Below, one piece after another: positions 45,901 through 59,569 of a stretch of DNA of 64,000 bases (position 1 is its first letter; every line of letters starts with the position of its first letter). The translations under genes were made by a program, and so were the position numbers. The stretch comes from Phoronis australis (taxonomy: Eukaryota; Animalia; Phoronida). The notes under the pieces were generated by a model, which was given only the letters and a program-made list of their open reading frames with translations, did no database searches and was not told where the DNA came from. The stretch is from the NCBI GenBank assembly GCA_002633005.1, contig NMRA01000015.1, forward strand, positions 1,657,439 through 1,721,438. The letters run 5' to 3'.

Positions 45901-48900
45901 GTCGTATTCAGTAACACAAATGGTCATTGCAAATGAAATTATTGCCTTTTAAATAATAACATGGTGCTTATTATCATCAAAGAAAAATAAATGGCCATAC
46001 AACATTATGTTACCATGTGATGCAGAAACAGTGATGCAGTATATGTACCCCCCCCTTGTAGTGTACCTGCCCACATGTTTACAAATGCCATGAAATTAAA
46101 ATATCACTTGGTAAGTGAGCAACACTGGTGGTAGACTGTTAACTTCCTCAAAAATGTTAGGTTAAAAGGGGGTTTATTACAATTACATTTGTTTTGAGTG
46201 AAATATTAGCATTTGTGTAGTGTACGTACCCCTATATTTTAATTTGTGCCTATTTTCAAAGTACAACAGATATGCACATGAATGCTGTGCTTTTTATTTT
46301 TTCTCTTTGAATTGATTTAGTAAATCAACTAACTCTCAGTAGATTCTTAGTATTTAGTTACAAACCTGACATGTCATTGAAATGTAGTGTACGTACCCCT
46401 GTGTAGTGTACGTACCCTGATGTGAACAAATGCCATGAAACAAAAATATTACACAGTAAGTAAGCAACATTTCTCAGAGTATTCTCCATTAAAAATGCTA
46501 GGTTAAAAGGGTGTTAATTACAAATGCGTTTGTTTTGAGTGAAATATTAGCATTTGTGTAGTGTACGTACCACTATATTTGAACATCTGCCTGTTTTCAA
46601 AGAATGACAGACAGATATGCAGGTGTACGCTGTACTTTTTATTTGTTCTCTTTGAATAGATTTGGTAAATGAACTAACTCTCAGTAGATTCTAAGTATTT
46701 TTTACAAACCTGACAAACCATTGAAATGTAGTGTACGTACCCCTGTGTAGTGTACATACCTTCAACCTCTATGCTATGAAGTATTGCCCACAAGTATGTT
46801 TACATACTGCTGTTTTCATGAACAATACTGATATTTCCAAAATGAATCCAGTCTGACTAAAAAAACAATGGACACTATCAAATTTTTGGGCAACAAAATG
46901 CTACAAAGGACTTGGCTAGTATTTAACATCCTAGAATACACGTCATGTGACAACTGATGTTGCAGAGGCAGGTTTTCTGTTTCTCAAGACAACTTGCAAC
47001 AAACCAACAAGTAGAGGCAGCACAAAACTTGAGACCATCCCATACATTTGTAACTTAGTCACAATTTGAAGTTGATTGCCTGTGCGTAGTGTACGTACCC
47101 CCAACCAGTACCATTTTTTACTGTTTACAAGTGGAACAGTGGGCCTAGCGTTGCATTAACTATTTTGACCAACTGGTGAACTTATATATTGAAAACTAGG
47201 TAAATAGCACCAATAAAGTTTTTGAAAAAAGTAGTTACCTTTCATTTTCTTTTTGTAAGAATCATATCGCAAGAGAGGAATTTCTCATAATACTGTGTTA
47301 AGATATGCAATGTATCATCATCTAGAACAACTTGATGAGAACGGTAATAACTTTTCTTACTTTAGTATGTGACACTTCTTCAATTTGATCAAGAACTTGT
47401 TAAATTAAAAGCTACCTCATGAATTTTTGCATGGTAGAAGTTGGCTGTGGCCACAAGTTGTAGTGTATGTACTGTTTTGTACATTTGTCATGCATAAGAC
47501 CATGAATTTTATTCAGTGGTTCTTGTGCAAAAATATTTTAGATTACAAACCTGGAATGACGGTACTTTAAAATAACCCAGCTTTTACAGTTACACGACAA
47601 CCTTTATTTGTCACCAAAAGTGGCCACTGAATATGGACCTTGATTGTGATTTGCCCCATAAGCAACTATTAGCGATTACACTACCCTTAAATTGTTGACG
47701 ATAACAGTGGCACCTGGCGATAATTTCAATGGGACCGAAGTTGACCATTCATACCGCACCGCAGCGTCGACGCTGCGCTGTTACAATCTACCTGTTAACT
47801 ACGATGTTAATAGGAGCTGTTAACTTCGATCCAGGACCAAAGTTAAATGTTCATAGTGACAGCAACTCCCCAAACCATCAACGCGTTGACGTTAGTATGA
47901 AAGGCCCTACAGTGACTTAGAATTTTGGGGATGGTTGTAAATTATGGGAGTCACTCAAACAATACGACTTCTGAAATTGATCAGCAAACCCTGAACAACA
48001 GATTAAAGGACGGACAATACACTTTGGAGGAAAATAGAATGTTTTTGTGTCACCTCAAATCTTTAATTTGGGCAAGTTCATACAAACTTCCAGGTAAATA
48101 TATGTAAATATATGTTACCAGTATATAACATACGTGATGATAAATGGGTGTTATTTTTCATGTATTGAGGCAAAGTAAACAACAGTTACGCGCGCTGTAT
48201 GACATATTTATCATACATATCGTCTGAACTGTTTTTAAGATGTGCATTTACACAAATCTTCAGCGGGCTAAGCAGTAGCATCTGTTTATTTGTCGTTGTG
48301 GAATCGCGCAGAAATTTGAACTCATAATGCGTGTGTTTATTCCACGTAAAATAGCAGCAATTATAAACTTATAAAACATACGGAACAAATTTAACGTGAA
48401 ATAATGAATTAACAGACAAATAGCCTTCTGGTACCTGTACTACCAGACCGGCAGTAGGTTGAGCAGATGATCAGAACGAGAGCGCTCAGAGGAGCGACAC
48501 TTGGCGAAATTAACCAAAAAGATGACGATGGAGATGACGACGATGATGACGTTTATGATGAAGAACAACGTGATGACATTCATATGACTAGCGAAGATGG
48601 AAGAAATCAGTAAGACATAGGCTAGTCTTGAGCAACACTAGGCAAAATTAACTGAAAAAGTGATGATGGAGATGATGGTGACGATGATTGTCATGATGAC
48701 AGTGGCGATTATGAACAACACGATAACATTCATGTGACTAGCAAAGATGTCAGAAACACTGCCATCTTGAAACCAACTTCCGGTTTTCAGCTATGAATAA
48801 TAGCACGTCATAAAAAACTAATACCAAAAAATTTCAAAGGAATTGGTCCTATGATGCGCCCTATACAGGAGAAAACATTTTTAGCCCAAAATCGAGGTGC

Positions 48901-51900
48901 GCATGCGCAACTGCGAATATCTACGCCATCTTTGACTGGAAGTACATGATTTACAGGTCACACGTAGTACTTGTCAGTTGTAATAATCGTACCAATTTTC
49001 AGTCCTGTATGTCAAAAATTGCAGCCTCTATGAACATTTGAATCTGAATTCGGAAACAAAATGGCCACCACGTCCGTCATTGTGAATCAGATCATGACGA
49101 AAAACAAGAGGCTTCTAGGACATTTAGATCAACGCATTGTGTGAAAATTTCACGTAGATCAGACGACAATTGCGACCTGTAGAGTGCAAACAAAAAAAAA
49201 CAAACTTGACGTCAGAGCAACATACTTTCTTTGAATTCCGCCAAGTTACAAGACGTGTTAAAGAAGATAATTAATTGATAAAATTTCATTGAATTGATAA
49301 AAGAATATTGTAATGCAAAACTTGTTATAGCTATTAACCATTTTATTTCATTATATTGACTAAGTACAACCCAGTTAGGACCTGGCCGAAGGTTATGATT
49401 TCAGTATTTGGTGTAGTACCGGTAATGTTTACCATAGCAACGACCCATTCATGACTAGTTGGCCAAATGAGGTCACTCTATTGTTTAGGTTGCGTTCTTT
49501 AAAAACACTGTTTTCATCTTCATTTTCATCAAGTTTGTTGAAATTAAAATTTTAGTTAGTATTTAACGAATATGTTTATGATTTAGGGTATACATTTGGT
49601 TCAGTTGTCATTTGTAAGGTATTATTCAATGATTGGTGACACTAACACCAGAACAGAATTGTGAGCCGTGAGTGGTACTATTTAAGGATAAGCTTAAACA
49701 ACTACCGTAATTATTATGGATTTAGTCCACCAAATACCGTAATCCTTATGGCATTGCCAGCGTTCTCTAGAGATGACAACAGTTATCTTATCTAGAGAAA
49801 ATATGAAAAAGTAATTCAGATGTATTTCACGGTGTGATAACATAGTTATTTCATCACCAATGTATGATAATTTTCTGCAGTGGATATGCCATAACCTGAC
49901 TGTATTCATTTTAAGCCTCAGGCATTGTTTCCTAGAGCACTTGACCAAGTACACTTGAATAATAATTCCTGTCTCCACTGTGATCTGCACAGGTCCTCCT
50001 ACATCACAACCAGACCTTAATCTCATAACTCCACTCTAATCTGATGAACATCCACCAGACACTGGAATGGCTTACTAACTCCTCAGCTTTCAAAATTTTA
50101 ATGTAAGGCAAAATCTCACCAATTTTGGACAATTCAATCACCAAAATAACTTTGTGTTTAAAGATCTTGTAGCAGAGTTGAAAATGACCAAAATTTTCTA
50201 AAACCCTTTCTGAAGGTAACTATGGAACTGAATATTAATTTGATGCTATATAACTTCTGTGAAAAAAAGAAGAAAATAAAAGTACACTTGTCTGCCATAT
50301 TGTCTCCTAAAAGTGGTGGATTTTACCGTATTTCTTAATTATCCATGTTTGTGAAATATATTTTTAACTACATACAGTGAAAATTCTTCAATTTGGGTCA
50401 AAACTAATTGCTATAATTACCACATTACTACTTTTCACATGCTTACCATAACGGTTGCAAATGATCGAAACTTTACCAAATGTCGCTCGGTAACAGCTAT
50501 GCCATACAAACCAAATTAAAATGAAATTAACTTTTCCCGAGAAATATTTTTGTTGGTAAATTTGAAAAAAATGAAATTTCACCTGTCAGCAATATTGTGT
50601 CTCAAAATGAAGACCGTTTACTATACATTTCAATACCAGCGCGTAATTACCATGTCTTGTTTAGGGCAATAACCTAAAAGGTAACTGTCAGGTCACACTA
50701 TACGCTTATTGCACAAGAAAGGAATTATCATCGGGGAAAGAAATTTGGGACAAATATTCAATATGAGGTATCTGAGTGAATATGTACTTGGTGCAACAAC
50801 TGAAGCTAATAACACAAATACATGCATACAAAAAGATGACAGTTTAAAATCAATATATGTATTCCTACACTTTCACATTCATCAACAGTTATTGTCTCTC
50901 TTTTTTGAAATTTTGTTGAATTCAATTTAAGAATTTTCTTCTTCATTCTTACAGTGCATTGTACAATATAACTTCAATTAATCCATATGATGAATGATGA
51001 CAAGAGGCGGAGATCAAACATGGATGTGTTTTAGCGACACTCTCCCCTTTTCATTCTGATCGATGCAAAGTTTACAGCAGACATTCACCAATGTTAATAT
51101 TGATATACTGGTGTATTTGTCTGTGAACAACCAATGGGGGCACTACAGTAGTCTGTGTCCACTGTTGTGGTTTATTGCAACATGAAAGCCAGAGGCTGAA
51201 TTGAATTATCGCCAGGATTTTGAGATACAGCTTAACTGACCAATCAGAATGCAATGTTCTTGACACACTGTTTGCTTTTCCAAGCTGCCATTTCATTTGA
51301 CAAACAACAGAAGTGTGAAAGGCCAGCCAGCCTCATTCCCCAGCTTCTAGACGTACAGTATAGCATTGTTTGTGTGCAAATGTGGAACTTGTGATGGGGG
51401 CTGTCAGAGACAGTCATCCAGGCGATGTGGGGTTCAGCAGGAAAAAGTCATGTCTGAGATACGAGGTTTACAAATTCATCTGTCCACACTGTTGAGCTAT
51501 AACGGCAAGATTCATAGCACAGACAGTGTCCCCTGGTGTCCCCACAGATTCATGGCAAAGACGATGTCCCCACCTGGTATTAAATCACAACTAACATATG
51601 CCACCTTAATTAATGTTTCCTCTAAGTTTGGTGTCATCCTGCACCCATCTGATTGGTACCGCGACCCACAAATTGCTAACACACAATAATAGTATAAATA
51701 TTCATAAAATAACTTTCGTTTTCTTTGTCGCCAATAAATACAAATGCAGGTGACATGTTGACAACATGATCACCTGCGTTCAAATCCCGTGAGAAAGTTC
51801 ATTACTTCGGTTAATGACAGAGTGATTTGATTGAGTGCCCATGTTTATATGACCCAAACATTTTCCGGGAACTACCTGAAACTCTATACACATGAATAAT

Positions 51901-53819
51901 ACACCAGGTAAATATAGAATGACCCAGACGATTAATATATCACATGATAGTTGAGTTTCCATGTATTTGACAATACAAGAATTTTTCTAAGAATCCTTTT
52001 ACAGGTTTTATTCTGTATCCCTTTGAAAATGTCAAACAAGGTGACTGATAACATTCTTGTTGTTCATTGAATAACGAAGCATCTGAGAACAGATTGTAAC
52101 ACAGTCATTAGTCTAGACCAGTTTGATGAACAATTTTGATTGAGTAAAGAAACTTCAAACTCATGAATAACTTCCCCAAAATTAAGGTTACGTAGAACCC
52201 TCATGTGCCCCATAATCACCTACCATGTACCCTATCACCACCTATCACGTACCCTATCACCACCTATCATGTACCCTATTACCACCTATCATGTACTCTA
52301 TCACCACCTATCATGTACCCTATTACCACCTATCATGTACCCCATCACCACCTATCATGTACCCTATCACCACCTATCAAGTATCCTATTGCCATCTATT
52401 ATGTACCCTATTACCAAAGGCCAGTGTAAATACATGTTACTTGGTCAACAAAACAGAAATGATAACATTATTTTTGGCAAATGTTTATTGTATTTCTCAC
52501 CCTGAGTAATACGGCCGTCCCGGATTACACAATGATACTCAAATCTCGCTGTATTTTGCTCTCAATGTCGTAAACATCCGCCAGGCACATTTGCTGCCTC
52601 ATTTTCGTGCCACCGGAGTTTCACATGTTATTTATTATCTGGTTCTTTACAAGTTTTTCTCAGTTGCATTACTCTATTCATCATTCCAATGCCAACAAAG
52701 TATTACTGCTGTGCTGTGGGCTGCAACTTCAACGTGACAAAGTTTGATAAATTGGACAAATACCAATAGATGCGTGATTTGAAATTCTTCGCCTTCCCGA
52801 CATCAATGAGAGACATGAAAATGTGCCTGATTTCCAAAACGAGGTCACGCGCTTTCTAACTTCTGGGACAAAGGAAAATTCTATGGCCGTTTAATCCAGG
52901 ACGGCCCTATTGCCCAGCCCCACTCAAGAGAAGCTAGATTTGTGTTCCTGATATCAGAAGGATTCTGTCTACCCTGATGTGTACAATTCTATTGACAAAG
53001 TACACATGGTCATGGCATGGGCCAAGGTTATATTGTTTCTTTTTTTACTAAACTTTACGAAAAAGACGCATTTACATGATGTATTGCTGGTAGATTGGAA
53101 AAAGTTAAAAATCCTACAGGCTTTGTACATTTACTGAGTTAAACTCTGTAGTATTACTGTACACAGACTTGTCAAAGGTAAAACAATAACCATGAGGAAT
53201 TTGGAACTCAGGATCCCACGTAAATTTGTGTCCCAAAGCAAACATTTTTCTAAGTAAATAAAATTACTTGAAAAACACTTAGGATTTTTAACACAATTTT
53301 CACATGCAAGCAGACTGATTTGCCACCAGTCTGGCTATATTTATGTAAACACCACTGGACTTATAACCCATCCACAGCTTAGGATGTCAGGGACCCAGGG
53401 TATTACATATTAACTAAATAGACCTGGTCAGACATAAACCTCATTTACTGATCTGATGGCCAACTACATAATGTATGCAATACTCTAATTCTGCCCTTAT
53501 TCAGGGCACACAACATGATGTGACATTCCATTTTTTATAAACTTTTCTACAAAAGTAAAGATTAAGAGCATTTAGTCGAATACAAACATGGGCTGCAGAA
53601 AGTAGATGTCATAAAACAGCATATACTGAAACAACCAATTATTCGCAAAAAAATTTGAAAAAAAAATTTTGGGAATTATTTTTGCGCGAAATAAGTGAAT
53701 ATTTACCATAGAGATATAATTAACATGAGAGTACTTACATATCCTTGGCTGCTCTTGTCATGTATCCTTTGGGTCCAAACTGAGAACATGGGTTGGCGCC
53801 ATATAACGACCGAGTTTTC
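30989..53819 (-). CDS. NADK: NAD kinase (cytosolic NADK); exons 53819-53739, 38346-38217, 37347-37156, 36464-36362, 36066-35969, 35018-34919, 32779-32622, 31984-31902, 31172-30989
   Basis: [125 protein letters not shown] and [16 protein letters not shown]. All junctions are GT-AG and phase-consistent. Confidence 0.96.
32777..33385 (-). repeat. Decaying tandem copies of an NADK 3' splice site (63-65 bp period)
   Basis: agacctgcaggcaagagtggta units, with acceptor AG equivalents at 32780, 32843, 32908, 32973 and 33165 and weaker traces to about 33380. Confidence 0.85.
33481..34720 (-). mobile_element. HINE-like element, family 2, spanning the assembly gap
   Basis: Terminal hairpin acttggcggaattc-ttt-gaattccgtcaagt; subterminal aattccgccaagtgtcgctcctccgagcgctctcg; reverse-orientation homolog at 48474-49250. 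Confidence 0.7.
34123..34487. other. Assembly gap (365 N)
   Basis: Run of N. Confidence 1.
37393..37503. repeat. ~23-bp tandem repeat x5
   Basis: cccaagaccacctcatttctgag units just upstream of the NADK 37347 acceptor. Confidence 0.85.
38278..38773 (-). repeat. ~88-113 bp tandem copies of an NADK acceptor plus exon start (5 copies)
   Basis: ctacaacagagggcagtcatgtta at 38347, 38435, 38548, 38650 and 38749, each attached to exon-derived sequence. Confidence 0.9.
40280..40784. mobile_element. PIF/Harbinger-like (Tourist-type) MITE, intact copy
   Basis: TIRs ggccctttcata / tatgaaaggccc with a TAA-like left flank; homologous to 45023-47907. Confidence 0.7.
41258..41750. mobile_element. hAT-type MITE
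   Basis: TIRs caggccttcat / atgaaggcctg; perfect 8-bp TSD gctcagag (41250-41257, 41751-41758); subterminal ggacgccc repeats. Confidence 0.9.
45023..47907. mobile_element. Second Harbinger-like MITE copy, interrupted by a nested insertion
   Basis: 45023-45285 and 47658-47907 align colinearly with 40280-40784. Confidence 0.8.
45286..47657. mobile_element. 2.37-kb non-autonomous TIR transposon (4-bp TSD, possibly Sola-like)
   Basis: TIRs aaatcacaatcaaggtccatattc / gaatatggaccttgattgtgattt; TSD ATAA; dispersed gtagtgtacgtaccc motifs and a ~350-bp internal duplication. Confidence 0.85.
48474..49250 (+). mobile_element. HINE-like element, family 2, second copy
   Basis: aacgagagcgctcagaggagcgacacttggcgaaatt ... 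ttctttgaattccgccaagt with (GAT/GAC)n tracts; homologous to 33481-34720. Confidence 0.7.
52202..52416. repeat. 22-bp tandem repeat, ~10 copies
   Basis: catgtaccctatcaccacctat units. Confidence 0.92.
52689..52830 (+). pseudogene. THAP zinc-finger fragment (DNA-transposon derived)
   Basis: [15 protein letters not shown]...[12 protein letters not shown]: an N-terminal CxxxxC and F.FP THAP-like signature with an in-frame stop. Confidence 0.55.
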
Positions 53820-55341
53820 CTGAAACAGATGGGTCAAATGGAATGAGCTATTTGGAAATATTTATTCACTTTCAAATATACTTCAAGTCTTAGGTGGGCT
53901 TATAACAATAGAATGACCAATATGAAGCATCCTCTGGCTTTAAAGCCTAGTTTGTGAAGCATGTCCTGCAACCATTAACTTTGTTTTGACAAGTAACAAC
54001 ATTGTCAGCATCATTAAACCTTCCTTTATAGCACTGCATATCACAATCGTGAATGCAATATTCCAAAAACAGGAAAGTAGAAAAAAGCAACTACTTCTAT
54101 TGAGAATTTCTTAGCTCCACAGACATGAGTGTGATGTAAAAATGTAGTCAACACCAGAGTGTCATGCCCATCATCACACACACGTTCCTTGCACAAACTT
54201 GTGTCATATCCACTTTAATCCCCCAATGTTTCGAGGGAAAGTGAAAAGAACCACAAAGTCGTCGAATATTTAACTGTAACAGCCGCCACAAACGCAACGC
54301 CTCGTCACTCTTTATTATACCACGAACCACCAGAAAACGAGCAGCACCTTATGATGACTTTTTGTACCAAACGCAATGGAGCCAAGTAGTTCTGTGATGT
54401 TTTGAGTAATAAATGCTCGGAACTCCAGATGAGCTAATTGAGAAGGATTAGTGTTTGCCGGTCTTCTAATGTAACAGCTGAATGATTAGTGGGGCTGTTT
54501 TTTTGGTGTAGATTTGGAATTTTTAAGCCCTAAAAGCCACTATGAAGCATGTCCTGGGCCCACTGTAATGGGACTGGTCTGAAGCTATAATGATCTATAT
54601 GGTTCTCTTTTAAGACCTTACAGATCATCATAGCTTAAAAAGCCTGTACATCAGTTCTACAGTAAAAAGTCTTCAGTTTGGAACACAATCTGGTGGGCAA
54701 GTGGAATTTCATATCATCAAATTTCTCAACAACAATAACTTTTCTGGAAAATTTACTTTGCATTTAGCTTGGTTTGTTTGGTGTAGCTATTACCATACAA
54801 CATTTGATGAAATTTTGAACATTTGCAATAACGTGGTAAGCCTCTGAAATGTGGCAATTTTAGCAAATTTTATCCCAAATTGAAGAATTTTGACCTGAAT
54901 CTGAGTAGGCAATAAGATGAGATCGATTTTAAAACAGGAAGTTGTCTGCAACAAATGTTTTGTGACAGGAGGCTCCTTTGAAACTTCATCAGCATAGAGT
55001 CAACAGCACAGAATTACTTGGGTTGGGTTGCATAAAACCTAAAATTTACCAACTGGAATATAAGTGTGATTGGTGCATGACGGCATTTGCATTGTTCAAC
55101 AACAGCAACAAGACACCGTATGCAATTTGAAATACAACCTCAGTGTTGCTATCAAGTGCGTATTACTTTTAGGCAACAAGTTCAGTGGACTATGGAAACA
55201 AGATAGCTGCAAAATTGGACATGCAAACATGCTGTTGATGCTGTCACTGACATGCACTGTGGGATGTCTTCATACATTGTCCTTTGTGTAATGATTTGAG
55301 ACCAATTGGTATAAAGAACACCTACTGACACACTAGCATGT

Positions 55342-55484
55342 CATGGGCGGCGCAGCACTGAAAAAAGTGGGGGGCTAAAGCCCCCTCAGCCCCCCTGTGG
55401 TGCACCGCCTATAGACCATGTGCGGCATAGCACTGAAAAAAGTGTATCTATAGCCCCCCAGCCTCCTATGGTGCGCCGCCCATG
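55342..55484. mobile_element. Short G/C-tract MITE (dimer)
   Basis: TIRs catgggcggcgca / tgcgccgcccatg; flanks catgt / catga. Confidence 0.6.
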
Positions 55485-57315
55485 CATGAAGGTTGATTTA
55501 ACACCTGCTGCAAGCTAATAACATTCAAGACATATCTTACAAATCGAAACAAGCTGAATGAGCATGAGCATTGGAAACATCCAGTTCCAGTCAAAACAGT
55601 GTTCTTGTTTGTAACTTAAGTGCCATTTACACTTACAAAGTTGACATGGATCAGCTGACACGGAACGAGTTGTTCCAGTGTGTAAAGGGACTGACACAGA
55701 GCAAATTGACACCACAGTGACAAATTTTTGCCACCTGTTTGTGAGGTAGAGCAATTTGCGCCGGAACATCTTGTGCCATGTCAATTATAAGTCTAAACGC
55801 AACACTGGAGCAAGGCGGAAAGGATCATCTCTATTGCGCTTGTGCAATGACCTTCATACAGGTTCTTTGTCTCTGCAACTCTCCTCATTTGTAAACCTAC
55901 GCATGTGCGATTCAGTCTCTCCAGCCTGCAATTTCCGTCTTGCCACAGTTAGCGTGTTGTGTGTGTAAACGGTGGCTTGACACGGGTCAATTTGCTCCGT
56001 GTCAGTTGCACCAGGCCAAAGTTGATGTCTAAATGGGACTTTAGAGTGTGGTAACAATATCAAACAACTATTGAAGTGACTGTTGACAGCGACACCTATT
56101 GACTTAAAGGTGATTATTACAACAAGTAACATATGGAGCCTAGTGCATGAAAGTCAACGAACACTAAAAAGCAGAGTCCGTTTAGGTCTGTGCTTTTAAA
56201 CTGATGAGGCATTTTTAGTTGATGCAAGTGAATCGGTTATTAGAACCTATTTGAGTCAAAAAGGCCAACAAGAACATGATTGTGGCCGACTTGGCACGGC
56301 AAGTCATCTAAAAACCAGCTTGCATGGATTGTATTTGTGTGGCCTTAGAAAAGAATACTGAGAACTTGGCAAAAATGATGCAAGAATATGTTGAGATTGT
56401 GTTAGTGCATTCCATTCGTGTGAATGGAAAATCTTGTTTTTTTGGAAAGAAAAAGTCTTGTTTTTGGTTATGTTAGTATGTTCTTGTGGACAGAGAACTT
56501 TTCGAAAACAATATCTAAAAATAAATACATGTGGAAGGAGAAATTTTTAAAAAATGACGCAAAAAATGATCGTACATGTGGACCACAAAAATGCAAAAAT
56601 GTTGCATTTCCAAATGAAAACGGAGACATACAAATAAAGCAAGATCACTTGACTGCTGACAGGGACACCTATTATGTACTAAGTTAACTAAAAGTGAGAG
56701 TGACAACAAACAAGAGTGTTATGCTAACTAAATTTGCCTAACAGCATGAACACAAAATAAATACAACCAGTGTGGCTTAGCCACTTACCCCTTTACTTGT
56801 CCAGAAGATGGCACTGGTACACTTGAGACAAACCAGAACTGTTATACAATGGGGAGTCTAAAGACTTAGGGTTATGTATAATCTTAAAAATGTCGAAATT
56901 TAGCTAATTCACCACACTATATCCCTGAAATGGCCGATCTGACGACAGTGGAAATCTCCATGTTAGATTAAATGCAAGAAGCCTGTACCAAAGTCGTACT
57001 TACATGGGAGATAATTGTCACCGAACAACTAGCACGGAAAGCTGATCGGGCACAAGTGTGTGTGTAAACACGACAGATACAGAGCCAGTTGACAATGTGG
57101 CAGCTATTTTTGAAACCAGTTTGAGGGGTAGAGCAAGCTCACTCGATCAGTTGCTCCAGTATCAACTACACGTCTAAACACAAATTGGAACAAGGTGGAA
57201 GGGATCATCTCTGTCACGCTTGTCAAAAAACGTAATACATGTGGTAACAAAATAATTTACATTAAAGCAATTATTGGTACACGTGTTTAAAGATAAAACT
57301 GTCAAACAACGATAC

Positions 57316-57435
57316 CTTTTAATGCGGGGCTTCATGAAGATTGCATTAACAGGAGCTTGCCCATTGTTCAGCTCGCTCACATCTTGTAGTGTGCTCAACT
57401 CGTGAGATATATTGTCAGACATGCTACGGTTCCTC
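57316..57435 (-). CDS. NADK: Probable upstream NADK exon (N-terminal regulatory region)
   Basis: ttttacag|G-RNRSMSDNISHELSTLQDVSELNNGQAPVNAIFMKPRIK-AG|gtatcg; 120 nt, phase 2-2, joins the 53819 exon in frame giving KPRIKRKTRSL. Confidence 0.6.
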
Positions 57436-59452
57436 CTGTAAAATGTCCATTATATGGATGACATGAAACTACAGATGGTAAACTTCCATACAGTACTTCT
57501 TCAGCAAAGTAGAATTAAAATAACCGGGGACTTATTTATAATATTCAAAGGCTGACTTTACTTATTGTAAATATCAAATTCATTAGCATCCACAAGCAGG
57601 GTAAAAATATCTTTATGTTAACTCTTTTGTTGAGATTTTTTTGATAGAGGGGCAGAAGATGGCGGGTGGGGAGGGGAGGGCGGGCAAAGGTACCGGGGAG
57701 AAAGTTAGAGATAGGTTAAGGAGCAAGAACTGAATGGAAGGAGGTAACACATTTTTTCACAAGTAATGCTCATGGCCAATTTCATGGTGGGTGATCGCAA
57801 GATTGCTTTACTGGCAGTAAGGGCATCCATATAATTATCAGATTAAAAAAACAGATAATGGTATAGAGTTTGTCTGACATTTACCCTTTTCCGTAAATCA
57901 TGTGCTGTTGGTTATGAGGAACCATAACACAACACAAGATTGATTAAACAAAAATGCTGCTGAATTTTGGGCATTTTGAAAAACAGGACTTTATTAGATG
58001 ATGCTTCGGACTATAAAGTTCAGGAGACCATTTTCAGAAAAAATGTTGTCAAAGCATAATCACCAGTTGATGATACTGTGTTGTATCTCAGTGTTGTATT
58101 TGAATAGTAGCCTGAATGTGACCAATTCTAAAGATCAAAAATCACCAAATGCACTGAGATTTGGTACCACTGCTTAGGTCCGATATCAGGGCTTGATTTG
58201 GAGACCTGTAGTTCGCCAATGCGACCTCAGATTCTATTTGGCAACCTAGTGGTAAAAATTCCAACTTGCCAGACTTTTGTGATTTGCAACCAAGTCGGAA
58301 AAAGTCTCCTCGGGTAAGACTGAACAAAAAATCCTTTGCCATCATCATTGTGTACACAGTAGTTATTTTTTCATTTGATTAAGAAAGGTACAACCTGTAG
58401 CAGATCGCCTGCATTTACTTTTTAAACAGTTGCAACCAAGCAGCATTGGAATTTAATAATATCTACATACCAGAACTATGTTAGTTTACCATAAAAACAT
58501 AAAAAAACAAAATAAAATTAATGAGAACAACCAGGCAACAATACTAAAACCAAAAATTGTGGCGATCTCATCTTCCAGTATCAAGAATGACAGTACATCT
58601 TTGTACTCATATTTTCCAAAGGAGTTCTTAGACTCTTATCTAAGACGCCATTGGCTTGCCTAACATTTGCTGAAATATTCAATGATCTCAGCAGTTTAAT
58701 CACTGTGATATAGCACAACAGAACAAAACATCCCAGAACAGAACATTCCAGAATGAGAACAGGAACTTAACACTTTAGGAAAGATGAGAACTGAGTCGCT
58801 GACACTGGAACAAAGCATAAATTATTGTCATAATCAAAAATGTGTCAGTAGTCTAGACAGTTTTATATAAATTCCTTTCACAAGGCTTGCTTCTCTAAAC
58901 CAAAGTTAATCTCGTATGACTCTGCTTCCAGACATGATTAAAAGAACGGCATTAGCATGTCGTTTTTGTTGTAAAAGTTTATCTTTCAAAAAAAAGACAT
59001 TCTAGATCTGCCAGAGAATTTCCCAATACCTAGTTTCTTTTAAGTCATACGTATAACCCCTAGCTCATTGGAATTCCATGCCCACTCCATACACTAGTTA
59101 CAGTAATTTTTCACACAAAAAGCCTGCAATATGGAGGAGAAAAATTTAACTTTTATTTTGTCAAACTAATTGATTAATAAAACATAAAAATAAAATAAAA
59201 CACTTGACACTTGTAATTTGGTGCAATGGGATGTCTCAAGGCAACAGCCAAATTAGATATTTTGCGTTTACTATAAATTTCCTATCGCCACCTGCCACGA
59301 GCCCCTACCAAATCTAACTTGATTTCAGTCTATAACTGCAGCATAAACACTCAATCCACTCAATCTTCCTACTCAAGCAAACCAAAACACTAGATAATCT
59401 TCTCGCCATCAATACCCTGAAACCCCCAACTGATCGACAATCATTTCCTCAC

Positions 59453-59569
59453 CTGTCTTGTTTCTCATCACCAGGTGTGTTAAGTGTCACTGTGCCCATG
59501 TTTGCCTCTGCAATAATGTAGTCAGTCACATGGTCCGCAGTCTCACTTTCACCATCTGACGAACTCAAC
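59453..59569 (-). CDS. NADK: Possible further upstream NADK exon
   Basis: cttgttag|G-LSSSDGESETADHVTDYIIAEANMGTVTLNTPGDEKQD-AG|gtgagg; 117 nt, phase 2-2, open frame. The true first exon was not located. Confidence 0.5.

Noticed and set aside
52203-52509. Three overlapping His/Pro/Tyr-rich ORFs
   Set aside because: Translation artefacts of a stop-free 22-bp tandem repeat.
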